Origin: an uncultured Mycoplasmatales bacterium
GTDB lineage: Bacteria > Bacillota_I > Bacilli_A > Mycoplasmatales > Mycoplasmoidaceae
Direction: 5' to 3'
Length of the DNA: 64,000 nt
Assembly (NCBI GenBank): GCA_949422915.1
Contig: CASPLF010000001.1
Span: 3,204 to 67,203 of the forward strand
This document shows positions 23,165 through 35,403 of this stretch, in pieces. How positions within the stretch are numbered: the first letter of the stretch is position 1; every line of letters starts with the position of its first letter. Below the pieces are notes generated by a model that saw only the letters and a list, made by a program, of their open reading frames with translations, made no database searches and was not told the DNA's origin. The translations under genes and the position numbers were made by a program.

Positions 23165-23866
23165 GTGAATAAAATTTGTATCAACTCTGATGTTCATAAA
23201 TTAATAATCGTCTATGAAGATGATTCAGTTGTTGTTGTAAACAAACCAAAAAACATGTTAACTCATCATACAAAATATGATACAGACAACACAGTTGTAG
23301 ACTATTTAATTCATAAAGTTAATGCAGATGAATTTGAAGATAAATCTCGCCCAGGAATAGTTCAAAGATTAGACAGAAACACCACTGGACTAATGGTTGT
23401 GGCGAAGAACATTGAAGCATATAATTCATTGATTAATCAAATATCTAATAATACATTAACCAAAAAATATTTGGCTATTGTTCATGGTAAATTTAAAAAA
23501 GACTCACTAATTATTAAATGTCCAATTATTAGAAGTAAAAAAAATACAACTAAAATGGTTGTCAGTGATGATCCAAAAGCAAAAGATGCTACAACAATTA
23601 TTAAAGTACTAAAAGAATCTAATGAATTATCTTTGATAGAATGCACTCTTGTAACCGGTAGAACCCACCAAATTAGAGTTCATATGAATTTTATTCATCA
23701 TAATGTTTTAAATGATCCTTTATATGGGCATGAAGATGGATATAAAGATTATGATCAATTCCTTCATTCATACCATTTATCTTTTTATCACCCTATTACA
23801 AAAGAACTATTAGAATTTAAATCTATCCCTGATAATACATTTAACTCAGTTATTAAATATGAATAA
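23165..23866 (+). CDS. RluA/RluD-family pseudouridine synthase lacking an S4 domain
   Basis: 233-aa ORF with a GTG start. It has the catalytic motif HRLDRNTTGLMVVAK-like (QRLDRNTTGLMVVAK) and TGRTHQIRVH. Confidence 0.85.
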   Translation: MNKICINSDVHKLIIVYEDDSVVVVNKPKNMLTHHTKYDTDNTVVDYLIHKVNADEFEDKSRPGIVQRLDRNTTGLMVVAKNIEAYNSLINQISNNTLTKKYLAIVHGKFKKDSLIIKCPIIRSKKNTTKMVVSDDPKAKDATTIIKVLKESNELSLIECTLVTGRTHQIRVHMNFIHHNVLNDPLYGHEDGYKDYDQFLHSYHLSFYHPITKELLEFKSIPDNTFNSVIKYE

Positions 23867-24440
23867 TAAAAAAGTCAATCTATTCATTGATACATCACAA
23901 GCTTCGTGTAACTTAGCTATTTTTAATAATGGTAAAATTATTAAAAAGTCTTCTTGTTTAACTCATAACAACCTAACAGATATCGTAGTAGAAAAAATAG
24001 CAAAATTATCTTCAGGTTATGAAATTAGTAATATTTATATTACTAATGGTCCAGGTAGTTTTACCGGACAAAGAGTGTCATGTCTAATCGCAAAAAGTTG
24101 AATGATTATTAAAAAAGTAAATGTTTATACAATTGACACATTAACTTTTCAGTTAAAAGATTTAAATGGAATTTCTATTATTGATGCTAAATCAAATCGT
24201 AGTTATGTTAGCATTTATAAAAACACAAAATGTTTATTGCAACCAAGAATTGTGCTTAATACACAATTAGAACAAATTAAAAATAAATATAAAAATTTAA
24301 AGGTTTATGAAAATTACAAAGACATTAACGTCTTTGATAACTTACTATCTTTAACTAATATTTTTAAAAAAGCAAATACAATAAATGAAATTACTCCTAA
24401 ATATTTAAAAGAAGCAATTTATGATCAAAAAAATAGATAA
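23859..24440 (+). CDS. tsaB: tRNA threonylcarbamoyladenosine biosynthesis protein TsaB
   Basis: Track ORFs 23859 and 24102 are joined by one TGA. It has the GPGSFTG motif and is followed by rimI as in many bacteria. Confidence 0.75.
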
Positions 24441-24837
24441 AAATAATATTGCTCAAATTTATGAAATTGAAAAAGAAAATTTCAAAGATTCTGAACAATA
24501 TAAAAATATTGAATCTCTTCTAGACAACAAAAATTATTTAATTGTTGGTAATTTCATAAAAGATAAATTAATCTCCTATATTATTGGAATAGACTTGAAT
24601 GAAGAATATGAATTATTAAAGATTGCTACAAGAGAAGAATATAAAAATAAAAAATTTGCTACAAATCTATTCAACCATATTGCAAAGCAATATAAAAAAA
24701 TATTCTTAGAGGTTAACAAGAATAATTCAATAGCTATTAAATTCTATAAGGGTTTAGGTTTTTCAAAGATTGGTGAGAGAAAAAGTTATTATGGTAATAA
24801 TGAAGATGCGATCAATTTGGTATTTGAGCATCATTAA
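24421..24837 (+). CDS. rimI: GNAT N-acetyltransferase (RimI-like)
   Basis: 138-aa ORF with an acetyl-CoA-binding-like segment (NKKFATNLFNHI ... KFYKGLGF). Its position after tsaB fits. Confidence 0.7.
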   Translation: MIKKIDKNNIAQIYEIEKENFKDSEQYKNIESLLDNKNYLIVGNFIKDKLISYIIGIDLNEEYELLKIATREEYKNKKFATNLFNHIAKQYKKIFLEVNKNNSIAIKFYKGLGFSKIGERKSYYGNNEDAINLVFEHH

Positions 24838-25969
24838 ATAATGATAATACTGAACTATCATTTGTAGTCATTGAATAAAATCCGATTATTAAATAAATTG
24901 CATAAATTACAACATTTATTGAAGAAACAACTGCAATTGCTGTTCTTTTATGCTTCTTAATTTTGCAAAATCATAAATAAAGAACAAACATCACAGACAT
25001 TAATAATGATCAAAAAATAAGGCTTGATTCATCTTTTTCTCAGAAATGAGCGGTTTGAATAGGATCAGCATTATATGTGTAAATAGTTCAACCAGTAATT
25101 TTAGTTGTGATAGCATCACAAAGACACAATGTAAAAATAGAAAATAAAGAACTTCCAATGATTGTTTGAAATGATGCATTATAGTTTTTAATCTTACACA
25201 ATGAAATAATAGAAATTAATTCAGGAATAGAAGTCGGAATTCCTAATAGTAACGATGCTCCAAATCCATTGTTTTCTTCGCCGAATCAAATCGCAACTAA
25301 TTGTTCATCGATAAATGATAATCCAACACTAATACCTACTAAAGCAGCTGATAAGCTGCAAAAGATTGTTACAGCAAACTTAAGATTAATTTTACTTAAT
25401 CAACGTGGTAATGTTGCAACACCATCATCTTCTTTGTCTTTCTTTTCAATAAAAGTTGAATAAACAAACATCAAAACATAAATGATAATAATAAACAACG
25501 ACATCAAATTAAACCCATCATGTTTATCATTACTTCCTTTGTAAAACCCTTGAGCTGAAATATAAAATTGAACATCATATGGAAAGAATAATGCATAAGC
25601 TATTAATAAATAACAAATAATTAATGCACCAATCGCAAGAACGTTTGATAATAAAACTTTCTTTTTATTGAAGTTTTTAATAAATATTAAAGTAACTATT
25701 GCTAATGAAAATAAAATAAATAAATTTCCACCAATTAAGTTACTAAAAATGGAATCATGATTAGACCCTACATCTGAACATGATAACATACTTGTTATAA
25801 ATTCAGGGAATGAATTAACCATTGAAAAAACTATTCCAGATAAAAATGCAGCTGATAATTTAGTTTTCTTTTCTAAATAATCAACCAAATACGCCAAAGT
25901 AATTGAGGAAAATATAATCGCCCCAACAATTAAAACAAAACCTATTATTAACCCTACCTGCTGAGTCAT
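24737..25969 (-). CDS. CaCA (sodium/calcium exchanger-like) family membrane protein, paralog 1
   Basis: Track ORF 25400..25969 continues through TGAs. It has two alpha-repeat-like motifs (VNSFPEFITS and GIPTSIPELIS). The first real stop (TAA 24737-24739) lies 101 nt inside the convergent rimI. Confidence 0.65.
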
Positions 25970-26019
25970 GCTAGTTATATTAGTCTATCTTATTATATTA
26001 ATAATATTATTAATAGAGA

Positions 26020-26047
26020 TAAAAAAAGCCAAGCTTTGCCTGGCTTT
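26020..26047 (-). terminator. intrinsic terminator downstream of dnaK
   Basis: The minus strand reads AAAGCCAGG-CAAAG-CTTGGCTTTTTTT, a stem with one mismatch followed by a T-run. Confidence 0.5.
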
Positions 26048-26067
26048 ATAAATAAATTAATAAATTA

Positions 26068-27831
<1,764 letters not shown>

Positions 27832-27849
27832 TTATCTAACAATACTATT

Positions 27850-27876
27850 TTAGCACAAAATAGGTAAGAGTGCTAA
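27850..27876 (-). promoter_or_regulatory. CIRCE operator (HrcA binding site) upstream of dnaK
   Basis: TTAGCACAA-N9-GAGTGCTAA compared with the consensus TTAGCACTC-N9-GAGTGCTAA. It lies 37 nt upstream of the dnaK ATG. Confidence 0.85.
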
Positions 27877-27979
27877 TTTTTTTTATAAAGAAGAAAATAT
27901 GGTGTTTTTCAATATTTTTATATATTTAAATATTATTTGATATACTAATCATATATACAAAAAAGAAAGGATTTACAAA

Positions 27980-28186
27980 ATGGCTGCAAAGAAAACTGCT
28001 AAGAAATCTTCTAAGAAGACTACTAAGAAAGCAAAATCTGCCCCTAAAAAATGTGGTAAGAAATCTTGCAAATGCGGATGCAAATCTGGAAAGAAATGCA
28101 CTTGTGCTAAGAAAAGCACAAAAAAAGCAACTAAGAAAGTAGCTAAGAAACCTGCTAAGAAGTCTTCAAAAAAATCTAGAAGATAA
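27980..28186 (+). CDS. 68-aa highly basic Lys-rich protein with a central Cys6 cluster
   Basis: ORF MAAKKTAKKSSKK...CGKKSCKCGCKSGKKCTC...KKSRR. AAAGGA lies 9-10 nt upstream of the ATG and a strong hairpin terminator follows directly downstream. Confidence 0.6.
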   Translation: MAAKKTAKKSSKKTTKKAKSAPKKCGKKSCKCGCKSGKKCTCAKKSTKKATKKVAKKPAKKSSKKSRR

Positions 28187-28199
28187 TTAACAAGTATTT

Positions 28200-28230
28200 A
28201 AAAAAGTTAGCTTATGGCTAACTTTTTTTA
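28200..28230. terminator. bidirectional intrinsic terminator
   Basis: AGTTAGC (28205-28211) pairs with GCTAACT (28217-28223), with an A-run before and a T-run after. It is shared by the convergent basic-protein and lipoprotein genes. Confidence 0.65.
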
Positions 28231-29046
28231 TTCTAATCCTAACATTGCATTGAATTTGTAATTAGTGTAAGTGTCTTCCATCATATAATCTAATGTAATT
28301 GGAAGAACTGAAATGTGTTGTTCTAAAATTGTAATAACTCCAAAAGTCTTTTCTGTTTTTCCAAAATTAGGATTAAACGAAGGATATAAAGGGCATCACT
28401 TATATTTGTTTGCTTCATTTGTTTGATAAGGCTCAAGATTTTTATAATAGCCATCAGGGCAATCTTCTGCGGTTTTATAACAAACAGCCATTTCTGGTTC
28501 ATAAAATTCAGGAATACAATTAATAATTGTTCCAGCAGCAACCGTTTTTGAATCATTTACTTTGTAATCTTTCATATATTCGATAAACAAAGCAGCTTGA
28601 AAAGAAGCAGATATTGAATCTTTTTTTAATTCTGGAAAAGAATGAACAGTAATTGAATTATTAGGTGAAACACTAGCAGATAATGTAACGATGTTATTTT
28701 TGTATAAATCAATTAAACTTTCACCTTCTTTTGTATAGTTAACATTATTAAGTTTAAGTCCCTTCTTTTTAATTAGATGAAAACAATCATAAACAATTTC
28801 ATTCTTTAAAATTGAACGATCATTAAAAAAATAATTCTCATATACATATTTATTAATAGAGTTAGATAAACACTTTTCCTGACTAACATTATTTGTTTCT
28901 GATTCTGATTGTGGATTTTCAACAATATCAATTATTTTTTTTACAACATCTTCTTGACTTGCACAAGATGTTGTTGTGAACATAGGAATGACAGTTGCAA
29001 CACTTGAACAAACTAATAGAGTTTTAAATATAAGTTTTTTCATCAT
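28228..29046 (-). CDS. lipoprotein (hypothetical)
   Basis: Signal peptide with lipobox MMKKLIFKTLLVCSSVATVIPMFTTTSC. Track ORF 28396..29046 extends through TGA to TAA 28228-28230. Confidence 0.7.
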
Positions 29047-29052
29047 TTTTAA

Positions 29053-30099
29053 TTATATTAAATCAATCAATATGTTATCAATAGTATTTAAATTCTTTGC
29101 TACTATATGATTATTTTTAATTGATATTTGTTTTTTGTCTAATTTGTTTTTGTAATATTGATAAGCTTTATTGTGCAATTCATTGTTAAGATCAAGGCCA
29201 TAAATTGTCCTAAGCCCCATAATAAAAACTTGTTGATAAAGTTCTTCTTCTGTTAATTTGTGATGTTCAACATTTCAATTCAAACTACTGCCAGAAACAT
29301 TGTAATAGTCTAAATTTTCAAAACCAAAGGCACCATAACCCATCCCTATTCAATCAGCTGAATTTCAATAAGCAAGGTTGTGTTTTGATGTAAGTGATAG
29401 ATCTCTACATCAATTACTTACTTCATATCTTATATATCCTAATTCTGAAAACTTTCTTTCGATAAACTTAAGTTTATCTTCAATATCAACTTCATTAATA
29501 TGATAATTCATTTTACCATATATAGAATTGTCTTTAATTTCTAAAGAATAGAATGAAACATGAGGTATTTTGTATTTATTTATAAATTCAAAATCTTTTT
29601 GAATGTCTTCTATAGTTTGCTCATTGAACCCATAGATTAAATCAATACTAAAATTAGTAATATTATTTTTAATAATATTAATAGCATTTTCTACATCTTT
29701 TATAGTGTGTTTTCTACCAATTTGTTTCAATATATTGTCATTTGTAGATTGCACACCCAATGAAATTCTATTAACTTTGCAATTGACAAATTCTTTTATT
29801 TGTTTATCTGTAATAAACTCTGGATTGCATTCGATAGTAAATTCATAATCATCTTGTAAATGATTACTTAATTTATTAAGTAATCTATACAAATCATGAT
29901 TAAGACAATTTGGGGTTCCTCCACCAACATATATAGTCTTAAATTTATGATTTTTATATTTATCATTTAATTCTTTAATTAGTAAATCAATATATTGTGA
30001 TTTTGTTTTATCATCAGATAAACTTCTTTTAAAATCACAATATCAACAAATGTGCTTGCAAAACGGAATATGAATATATAAATGATTTACTTGATTCAT
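29053..30099 (-). CDS. hemW: radical SAM family heme chaperone HemW (HemN-like)
   Basis: ATG at 30099 with the N-terminus HLYIHIPFCKHICWYCDF (CxxxCxxC, the W encoded by TGA). Track ORF 29410..29892 is in the same frame. Confidence 0.85.
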
Positions 30100-30962
30100 T
30101 TTTTAACCTTATCTACAACATCGTTGTAGTTATTTTGATTAAATGAAATATAGTCTGAATAATGATTTTTATTTCAAGTAATTTGTCTTTTAGCGTATCT
30201 TCTAGATTTTTGTTTGATTAAATCTAAATCCAATTTAGATTTATCAAGAATAGAATTGTATATTTGAAGATATCCGATAGCTTTAAATGCATTTAAAGAA
30301 TATAAATCATTAATCTTCATTAATGATTTTACTTCATCAACTCACCCTTCTTTAATCATTTGATCTACTTTAGAATTAATCTTATCATATAAATTTTTTC
30401 TATCTTCAATAGAAGTTAGTATGATTTTAAAATCATATATTGCTGGTTTTGCTAAATGAGATTCATATTCATTGTTAGCAGCTATTTCTAAGGCGCGTGC
30501 AAGCCGTTTATGATTACCAACGTTTTTATCCGCCAACTCTTTGTCATATTTAGATAGCATTGTATATAACTGTTTAGCATCTAGATGATCATAAACATTT
30601 GTTCTTTGGGGAGACTTAGATAAATCGTAATTTTTAATCAATGTATCTACATACATTGATGATCCGCCACAAATAATTGGTAAACGATTATTAGCAATAA
30701 TCGTTTCAATACATTTATAAGCTTTATCTTGAAACTCTTTAATGTCTCATTTATCTTTTATAGATACTTCATTTAGTAAATGAAACTTAACTTGTTTTTG
30801 TTCATTTAATGTAGGTTTATTAACTCCAATATTTAATTCTTTGTAAACTTGAAATGCATCAGCATTAATAATTTCACCATTAAATTCTTTAGCTAATTTA
30901 ATAGCTAAAGTCGTTTTTCCGGTTGAGGTTGGTCCTAAAATTACTAATACCTTTTGTTTCAT
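30087..30962 (-). CDS. miaA: tRNA dimethylallyltransferase
   Basis: P-loop GPTSTGKT. Track ORFs 30342 and 30747 are in the same frame. The C-terminus reads through TGA and overlaps the hemW start by 13 nt. Confidence 0.9.
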
Positions 30963-31507
30963 TATTTCTTTTGATTCACAATACTACGTATTGCAACTGA
31001 TGCTTCTCCAATAGCTGTTGACATGCTACTTGGTTTGTCTTGATAATAACAAACATTACCAATAGCATAAATATGACTTAAATTTGTTTCTTGATTAATT
31101 TTAACATTAATTCTATTATTAGAATTAATCTCTAAGTTTTTAAATATATCTGTCATATTGCCAGAGGCAATAATGATGTTGTTAGCGGTGATTATTTCAT
31201 TGTTAGAAAGAGTGATTTCAAACACATTGTTCTTATAAGAATAAGAAACAATAGTTGTGTTAGTTAATATTTTTGTTTTAGTGTTAAATGTAATTTGATC
31301 AACTAATCTATTGATTAAATCTTTTGCTTTAATTTCGCTGAAGCAAGGAAAATCATAAACTGGTTTGTCTGGATATGTTAAAGGGGTCCCGCCTAAAAAT
31401 CCTTGTTTTTCGATTAATAATAAATTTAGTTTCTTTTGATATCCATAAATACCAGCGAACATTCCAGATGGCCCTCCACCAATGATAATTGCATCAAAAT
31501 TTTCCAT
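30962..31507 (-). CDS. short FAD-binding oxidoreductase (thioredoxin-reductase/ferredoxin-NADP-reductase-like, lacking the NAD(P)H domain)
   Basis: 181 aa with an N-terminal [12 protein letters not shown] dinucleotide fold and a C-terminal IYAIGNV FAD motif. No second GxGxxG and no CxxC. TAATG overlaps occur at both ends. Confidence 0.6.
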   Translation of the reverse strand: MENFDAIIIGGGPSGMFAGIYGYQKKLNLLLIEKQGFLGGTPLTYPDKPVYDFPCFSEIKAKDLINRLVDQITFNTKTKILTNTTIVSYSYKNNVFEITLSNNEIITANNIIIASGNMTDIFKNLEINSNNRINVKINQETNLSHIYAIGNVCYYQDKPSSMSTAIGEASVAIRSIVNQKK

Positions 31508-32016
31508 TATAAAATTCCTTTCTTAAAAGGCTCAGCTTTTTCTAAACCTTTAAAATCATTAGACTTTACATATTCATAGCTTAACATTGCAGCACAATTT
31601 GATAAATTAAGGCTTCTTGTGTTGATACTTATAGGAATCCTATAAGTATGATTTGAATATTTCTTTAAAATATCTTTATTAATTCCTGTAGATTCTTTGC
31701 CAAATACAATATATGTGTCTTTGTTAAAATTAAATTTTATTTGACTAGTAAGTTTTTTACCATATCTAGTAATAAAAAATAAATCAGAATCTTTATTAAT
31801 TGAATTAATAAAATCATCAAAACAATCATGTTCAATCAATTCTAAGTGATCTCAATAATCTACACCGCTTCTCTTAAATTTTTTGTTGTCTAGAAAAAAA
31901 CCATAAGGTCTAATTAAATGTAAAACTGCATCAAATCCAACGCATGTTCTAGCAATGTTGCCTGTGTTTTCTGGAATCTCAGGTTCAAATAAAACAATAT
32001 GTAATTTATGTTTCAT
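31507..32016 (-). CDS. trmL: SpoU-family tRNA 2'-O-methyltransferase (TrmL-like)
   Basis: ATG at 32016. The N-terminus is [20 protein letters not shown] and the knot-region motifs are FGKESTG and IPI....SLNLSN. Confidence 0.8.
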
Positions 32017-32027
32017 ACATAAATTAT

Positions 32028-32054
32028 AAAAAGAAAAAGACCTATTGAAGGTCT
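32028..32054 (-). terminator. putative intrinsic terminator overlapping the stop of the HAD-like gene
   Basis: The minus strand has AGACCT-TCAAT-AGGTCT followed by TTTTTCTTTTT. Confidence 0.45.
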
Positions 32055-32992
32055 AGAGATATTTCTTCTGTATTAAATATTTTTTCATCGACATTGTCAA
32101 TAAGTGTGTCAGGAGTTTTAAATGAATTTTTTCTCTTTAATTTATTTAAATTGCTTTTCTTAAAAGTTAATAACAAGCTATCTAAGATAGAATTGTATGG
32201 AACTGTGTATATATTTTTAGATACCATCTTCGCTTCATAGTATGCATATATTGAGATTAAATGGTTTTTAAAAGTGTTATAACATTCAAAGTCAATACTA
32301 TTTAGTCCATAGTAATAAACGTTTTTGAAGTCAGTAATATTTTTTAGCTTCATAATTTTAATAAGAGATTTGTATTTACAAACATCTTTATGAAATGCTT
32401 GGAAAGAAGATTCTGAAATTTTAATTAATTTAATATTTAAATCCTCTTGTAAAGTTAAAAGATCGGAATAAATGTTTTCAAAATCATAAGTGTTGTGTTG
32501 AAAACACAAAAAACTATAATTTTTATTATTAATAATTTGATCTTTATAATTTAGAAAATTGCTTGTTGTCATTAAATTGATGTAATGCATTTTTGCAAAT
32601 GCATGAGTACTTAATTGATCAAAGGAATAGATTAATTCATTATTTTTATAAGAAGCTAATTGTAAAAGATCATTAGTAGCAGCAATACGAGAAATGCTTA
32701 ATGCAGCGGTTTCATCAATTGCTTTTTCTCATAGAATTTTACCTGAACCAGCGTTATAAATTCTGGCTCCATTATCAGAGATAATATAACAATGTTTTAA
32801 CTTAGCATCTTTAACAATTTTTTTAAGTACTCTTAAACTACTATGAGAAATTAAAACAACAAATTGGTTTTGTTCAATAACTTTAATTATTTTAGATAAT
32901 CTACCCATTATGACATCTTTTGTGACGTCATCATTTCCTGGATTTATATCAAATACATATATTTTTGTAAAAAAGTTATTAATTTTACTCAT
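32042..32992 (-). CDS. divergent Cof/HAD-IIB-like hydrolase family protein
   Basis: Track ORFs 32042 and 32729 are in the same frame, joined by TGA. The N-terminus [13 protein letters not shown] resembles a degenerate DxDGT motif and SDNGARIYN matches the Cof SGNGA pattern. Confidence 0.45.
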
Positions 32993-34722
32993 TATTTTTT
33001 AGATTTAATTCTTTTCTTAAGAAGTGTAACGAATTGGCTTGGTTTAATAGTTGTAGATTCAGTTTTACCATATTCTCTAAAAGAGATTGTTTTGTTTGCA
33101 ACTTCGTTATCACCAATAACAATTTGGTATGGAGTTTTATGAGTTTGAGCATTAAAGATTTTCTTTGATAATCTTTCATCTGAGTTATCAATATGAACTC
33201 TAATACCATTTTTTCTCAATAAATTAGCAACTCTTTCAGCGTATTTTGCATGCTTTTCATTATCTACTAAGATTTCCTCAACTTGAATTGGGGACAATCA
33301 TAAAGGTAATATACCTTTAGTTTGCTCAAGTAATACTGAAACAAATCTTTCAAGAGTACCAAGACTTCCTAAGTGAATCATTATTGGAGTTTTAACTTGT
33401 CCATCAGAATCTTTGTATTCAAGTTTAAATCTTTCTGGTAATAAGAAGTCTAATTGAATTGTTGAAACTGTAATAATTTTTCCTAATACAGTTTTGAACT
33501 GGAAGTCAATTTTTGGTCCATAAAATGCTGCTTCACCAACCATTTCCTTATAAGGAATCTTCATTGATTTTAACACGCCTCTTAATTGTTTTTCGGCATG
33601 TGCTCACATTTTTGGATTATCAAAAAACTTTTCAGTATTTTTTGGATCATGCAATGATAAATCAACACTGTGAACAGTCAAACCAAAAGTTTTGTAAACT
33701 TCTTTAATAATCTTGTAACAGTTCTTAATTTCTGACTTCATTTGTGATGGAGTACATAATATATGAGTGTCTACTAGTTGAAGTTGTCTTACTCTTTCAA
33801 GACCAATCAAACCACCTGAAGCTTCATATCTATGAAGAAATGCAAATTCACCAATTCTAAAAGGTAATTCACGATATGAACGTGGTCTATATTTGTAACA
33901 TGTTAAATGATGAGGACATGTCATAGGACGTAATACTAAAGTTTCATTGTCTACTTCTACTGGAGTAAACATATTTTCACGATAGTGAAATCAATGTCCT
34001 GAAGTCTCATACAATTTCTTTGAACCTAATACTGGTGTAGAAACAATTTGAAACCCATATTGTCTTAATAAATTAAGAATATAATTTTCAACTTCAGATT
34101 TAATTGATTGACCATTTGGTAACCAAATTGGTAGACCTTGTCCTACAATTTCATCAAATGTGAATAATTCAAGATCCTTACCAATCTTTCTATGATCTCT
34201 TTCAGAACGATCTTGTAATTCTTTTTTAAATTGTTCTAATGATGATTGAGAATCAAAAGCCATTCCATGAACCATAATTAATTGGTCGTTATTTGAAGAA
34301 CCTTTTCAGTAATAACCTGAAACATTATTTAGTTCAATTGCTTTAATTGTTGATAACTTATCAATAGATAAATTTTCGCAAATATCAACAAAATCATTAC
34401 CGAATTTGCAAATGTTGATATTACCATTTGCATCATCAATTAATTCAAGTTTATATTTGTTTCCAGCAAACATTTGTTTTGCTACTTCTTTACTAATTGA
34501 TTCATACTCAATCTTATAAGCACGATCAATATTTTTTTGCATTTGTTTTTTAACTTTATTGAATTGACTAGCACCAAATGCTTCTCCATTAAAGTTTATT
34601 CCATATGCAAAACCATCTTCATTGATTTTGAAATCTCCTAATATTGCATTAGGATATAGATCTTTAATAGATTTAGCTAATAGTAAGCTTGCTAGTTTAT
34701 TTAAATTTTTATTAATTTCCAT
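32992..34722 (-). CDS. thrS: threonine--tRNA ligase
   Basis: Five track ORFs (32992, 33298, 33604, 33991, 34306) are in one frame, separated by TGA. It has class II core motifs ([22 protein letters not shown]-like [10 protein letters not shown]) and an anticodon-binding tail. Confidence 0.95.
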
Positions 34723-34742
34723 TGTTGTACCTTTCTTTAATT

Positions 34743-35027
34743 TTATTTAATTATTTCAATTTTAGAAGCATTGATAACTTGTTTATAAATACCATATTTT
34801 CGAAGTTTAAACACCGTTATGGTACCTTCGAAAATAACCGTGGCATTCATTTGTAATTTATCAATTATTTCTTGGTGTTCAGGAAAAATAGCAACCTCAA
34901 ATGTAATTGGGTGTAATTCATTGTTATATAACACTTGTTGTTTTAAAGAAACAAAGTATGTGTTGTTTTGACTATGCCTAATATCAGAAATGACTCCCGA
35001 TATCTTGGCGCTATTAATATTTTCCAT
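34743..35027 (-). CDS. small OB-fold-like protein (94 aa), possible SSB paralog
   Basis: Intact ORF directly downstream of the SSB-like gene. Its pattern SGVISDIR...TYFVSLKQ...VIFEGTI resembles an SSB N-terminal OB fold. No acidic tail. Confidence 0.4.
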   Translation of the reverse strand: MENINSAKISGVISDIRHSQNNTYFVSLKQQVLYNNELHPITFEVAIFPEHQEIIDKLQMNATVIFEGTITVFKLRKYGIYKQVINASKIEIIK

Positions 35028-35035
35028 AAGTAAAA

Positions 35036-35353
35036 TTATTTTGTTTCAGATGGTTTATCTGAAGAGTTGTCAAGAATCTTTTCAATTAAGATGGTAGTTT
35101 TTCATTCGTTAGTTTTTTTTGAATGGTACGTACGAAGTCTACCTTCAACCGTAATATGAAGGTCTTTATTTTCTTCAACTAATTTAGCTAATTGAGTAGC
35201 TAAAGGATTGTTGCAATAGCATGAAAAATAACTGCTTCATGAAAATTGACCAAATTTTCTTTCTTGTTTCAATGTAATAAAGAAACTGTTTTTAGCAGTT
35301 TTGTCTCATGTGCTTCTTACAACATCACCTTCAATAATTACTTTATTAATCAT
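35036..35353 (-). CDS. single-stranded DNA-binding-like protein (105 aa) lacking the acidic C-terminal tip
   Basis: Absent from the track because of TGAs. The translation is MINKVIIEGDVVRSTWDKTAKNSFFITLKQ...ITVEGRLRTYHSKKTNEWKTTILIEKI, matching the SSB OB-fold pattern (NKV.L.G.L ... V.G.L). Confidence 0.6.
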
Positions 35354-35403
35354 AATAATGTTATCTTTACTATTATATATAATTAGAACATAGGTTAATA
35401 AAA

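Noticed and set aside
28323-28556. Minus-strand ORF in a second frame overlapping the lipoprotein gene.
   Set aside because: It is out of frame with the lipoprotein ORF, which carries the signal peptide and continues through TGA. No independent start signals.
32985-33209. Minus-strand 74-aa ORF overlapping the thrS 3' end in another frame.
   Set aside because: The thrS frame explains the region, and the alternative frame is Leu/Lys-rich low complexity.
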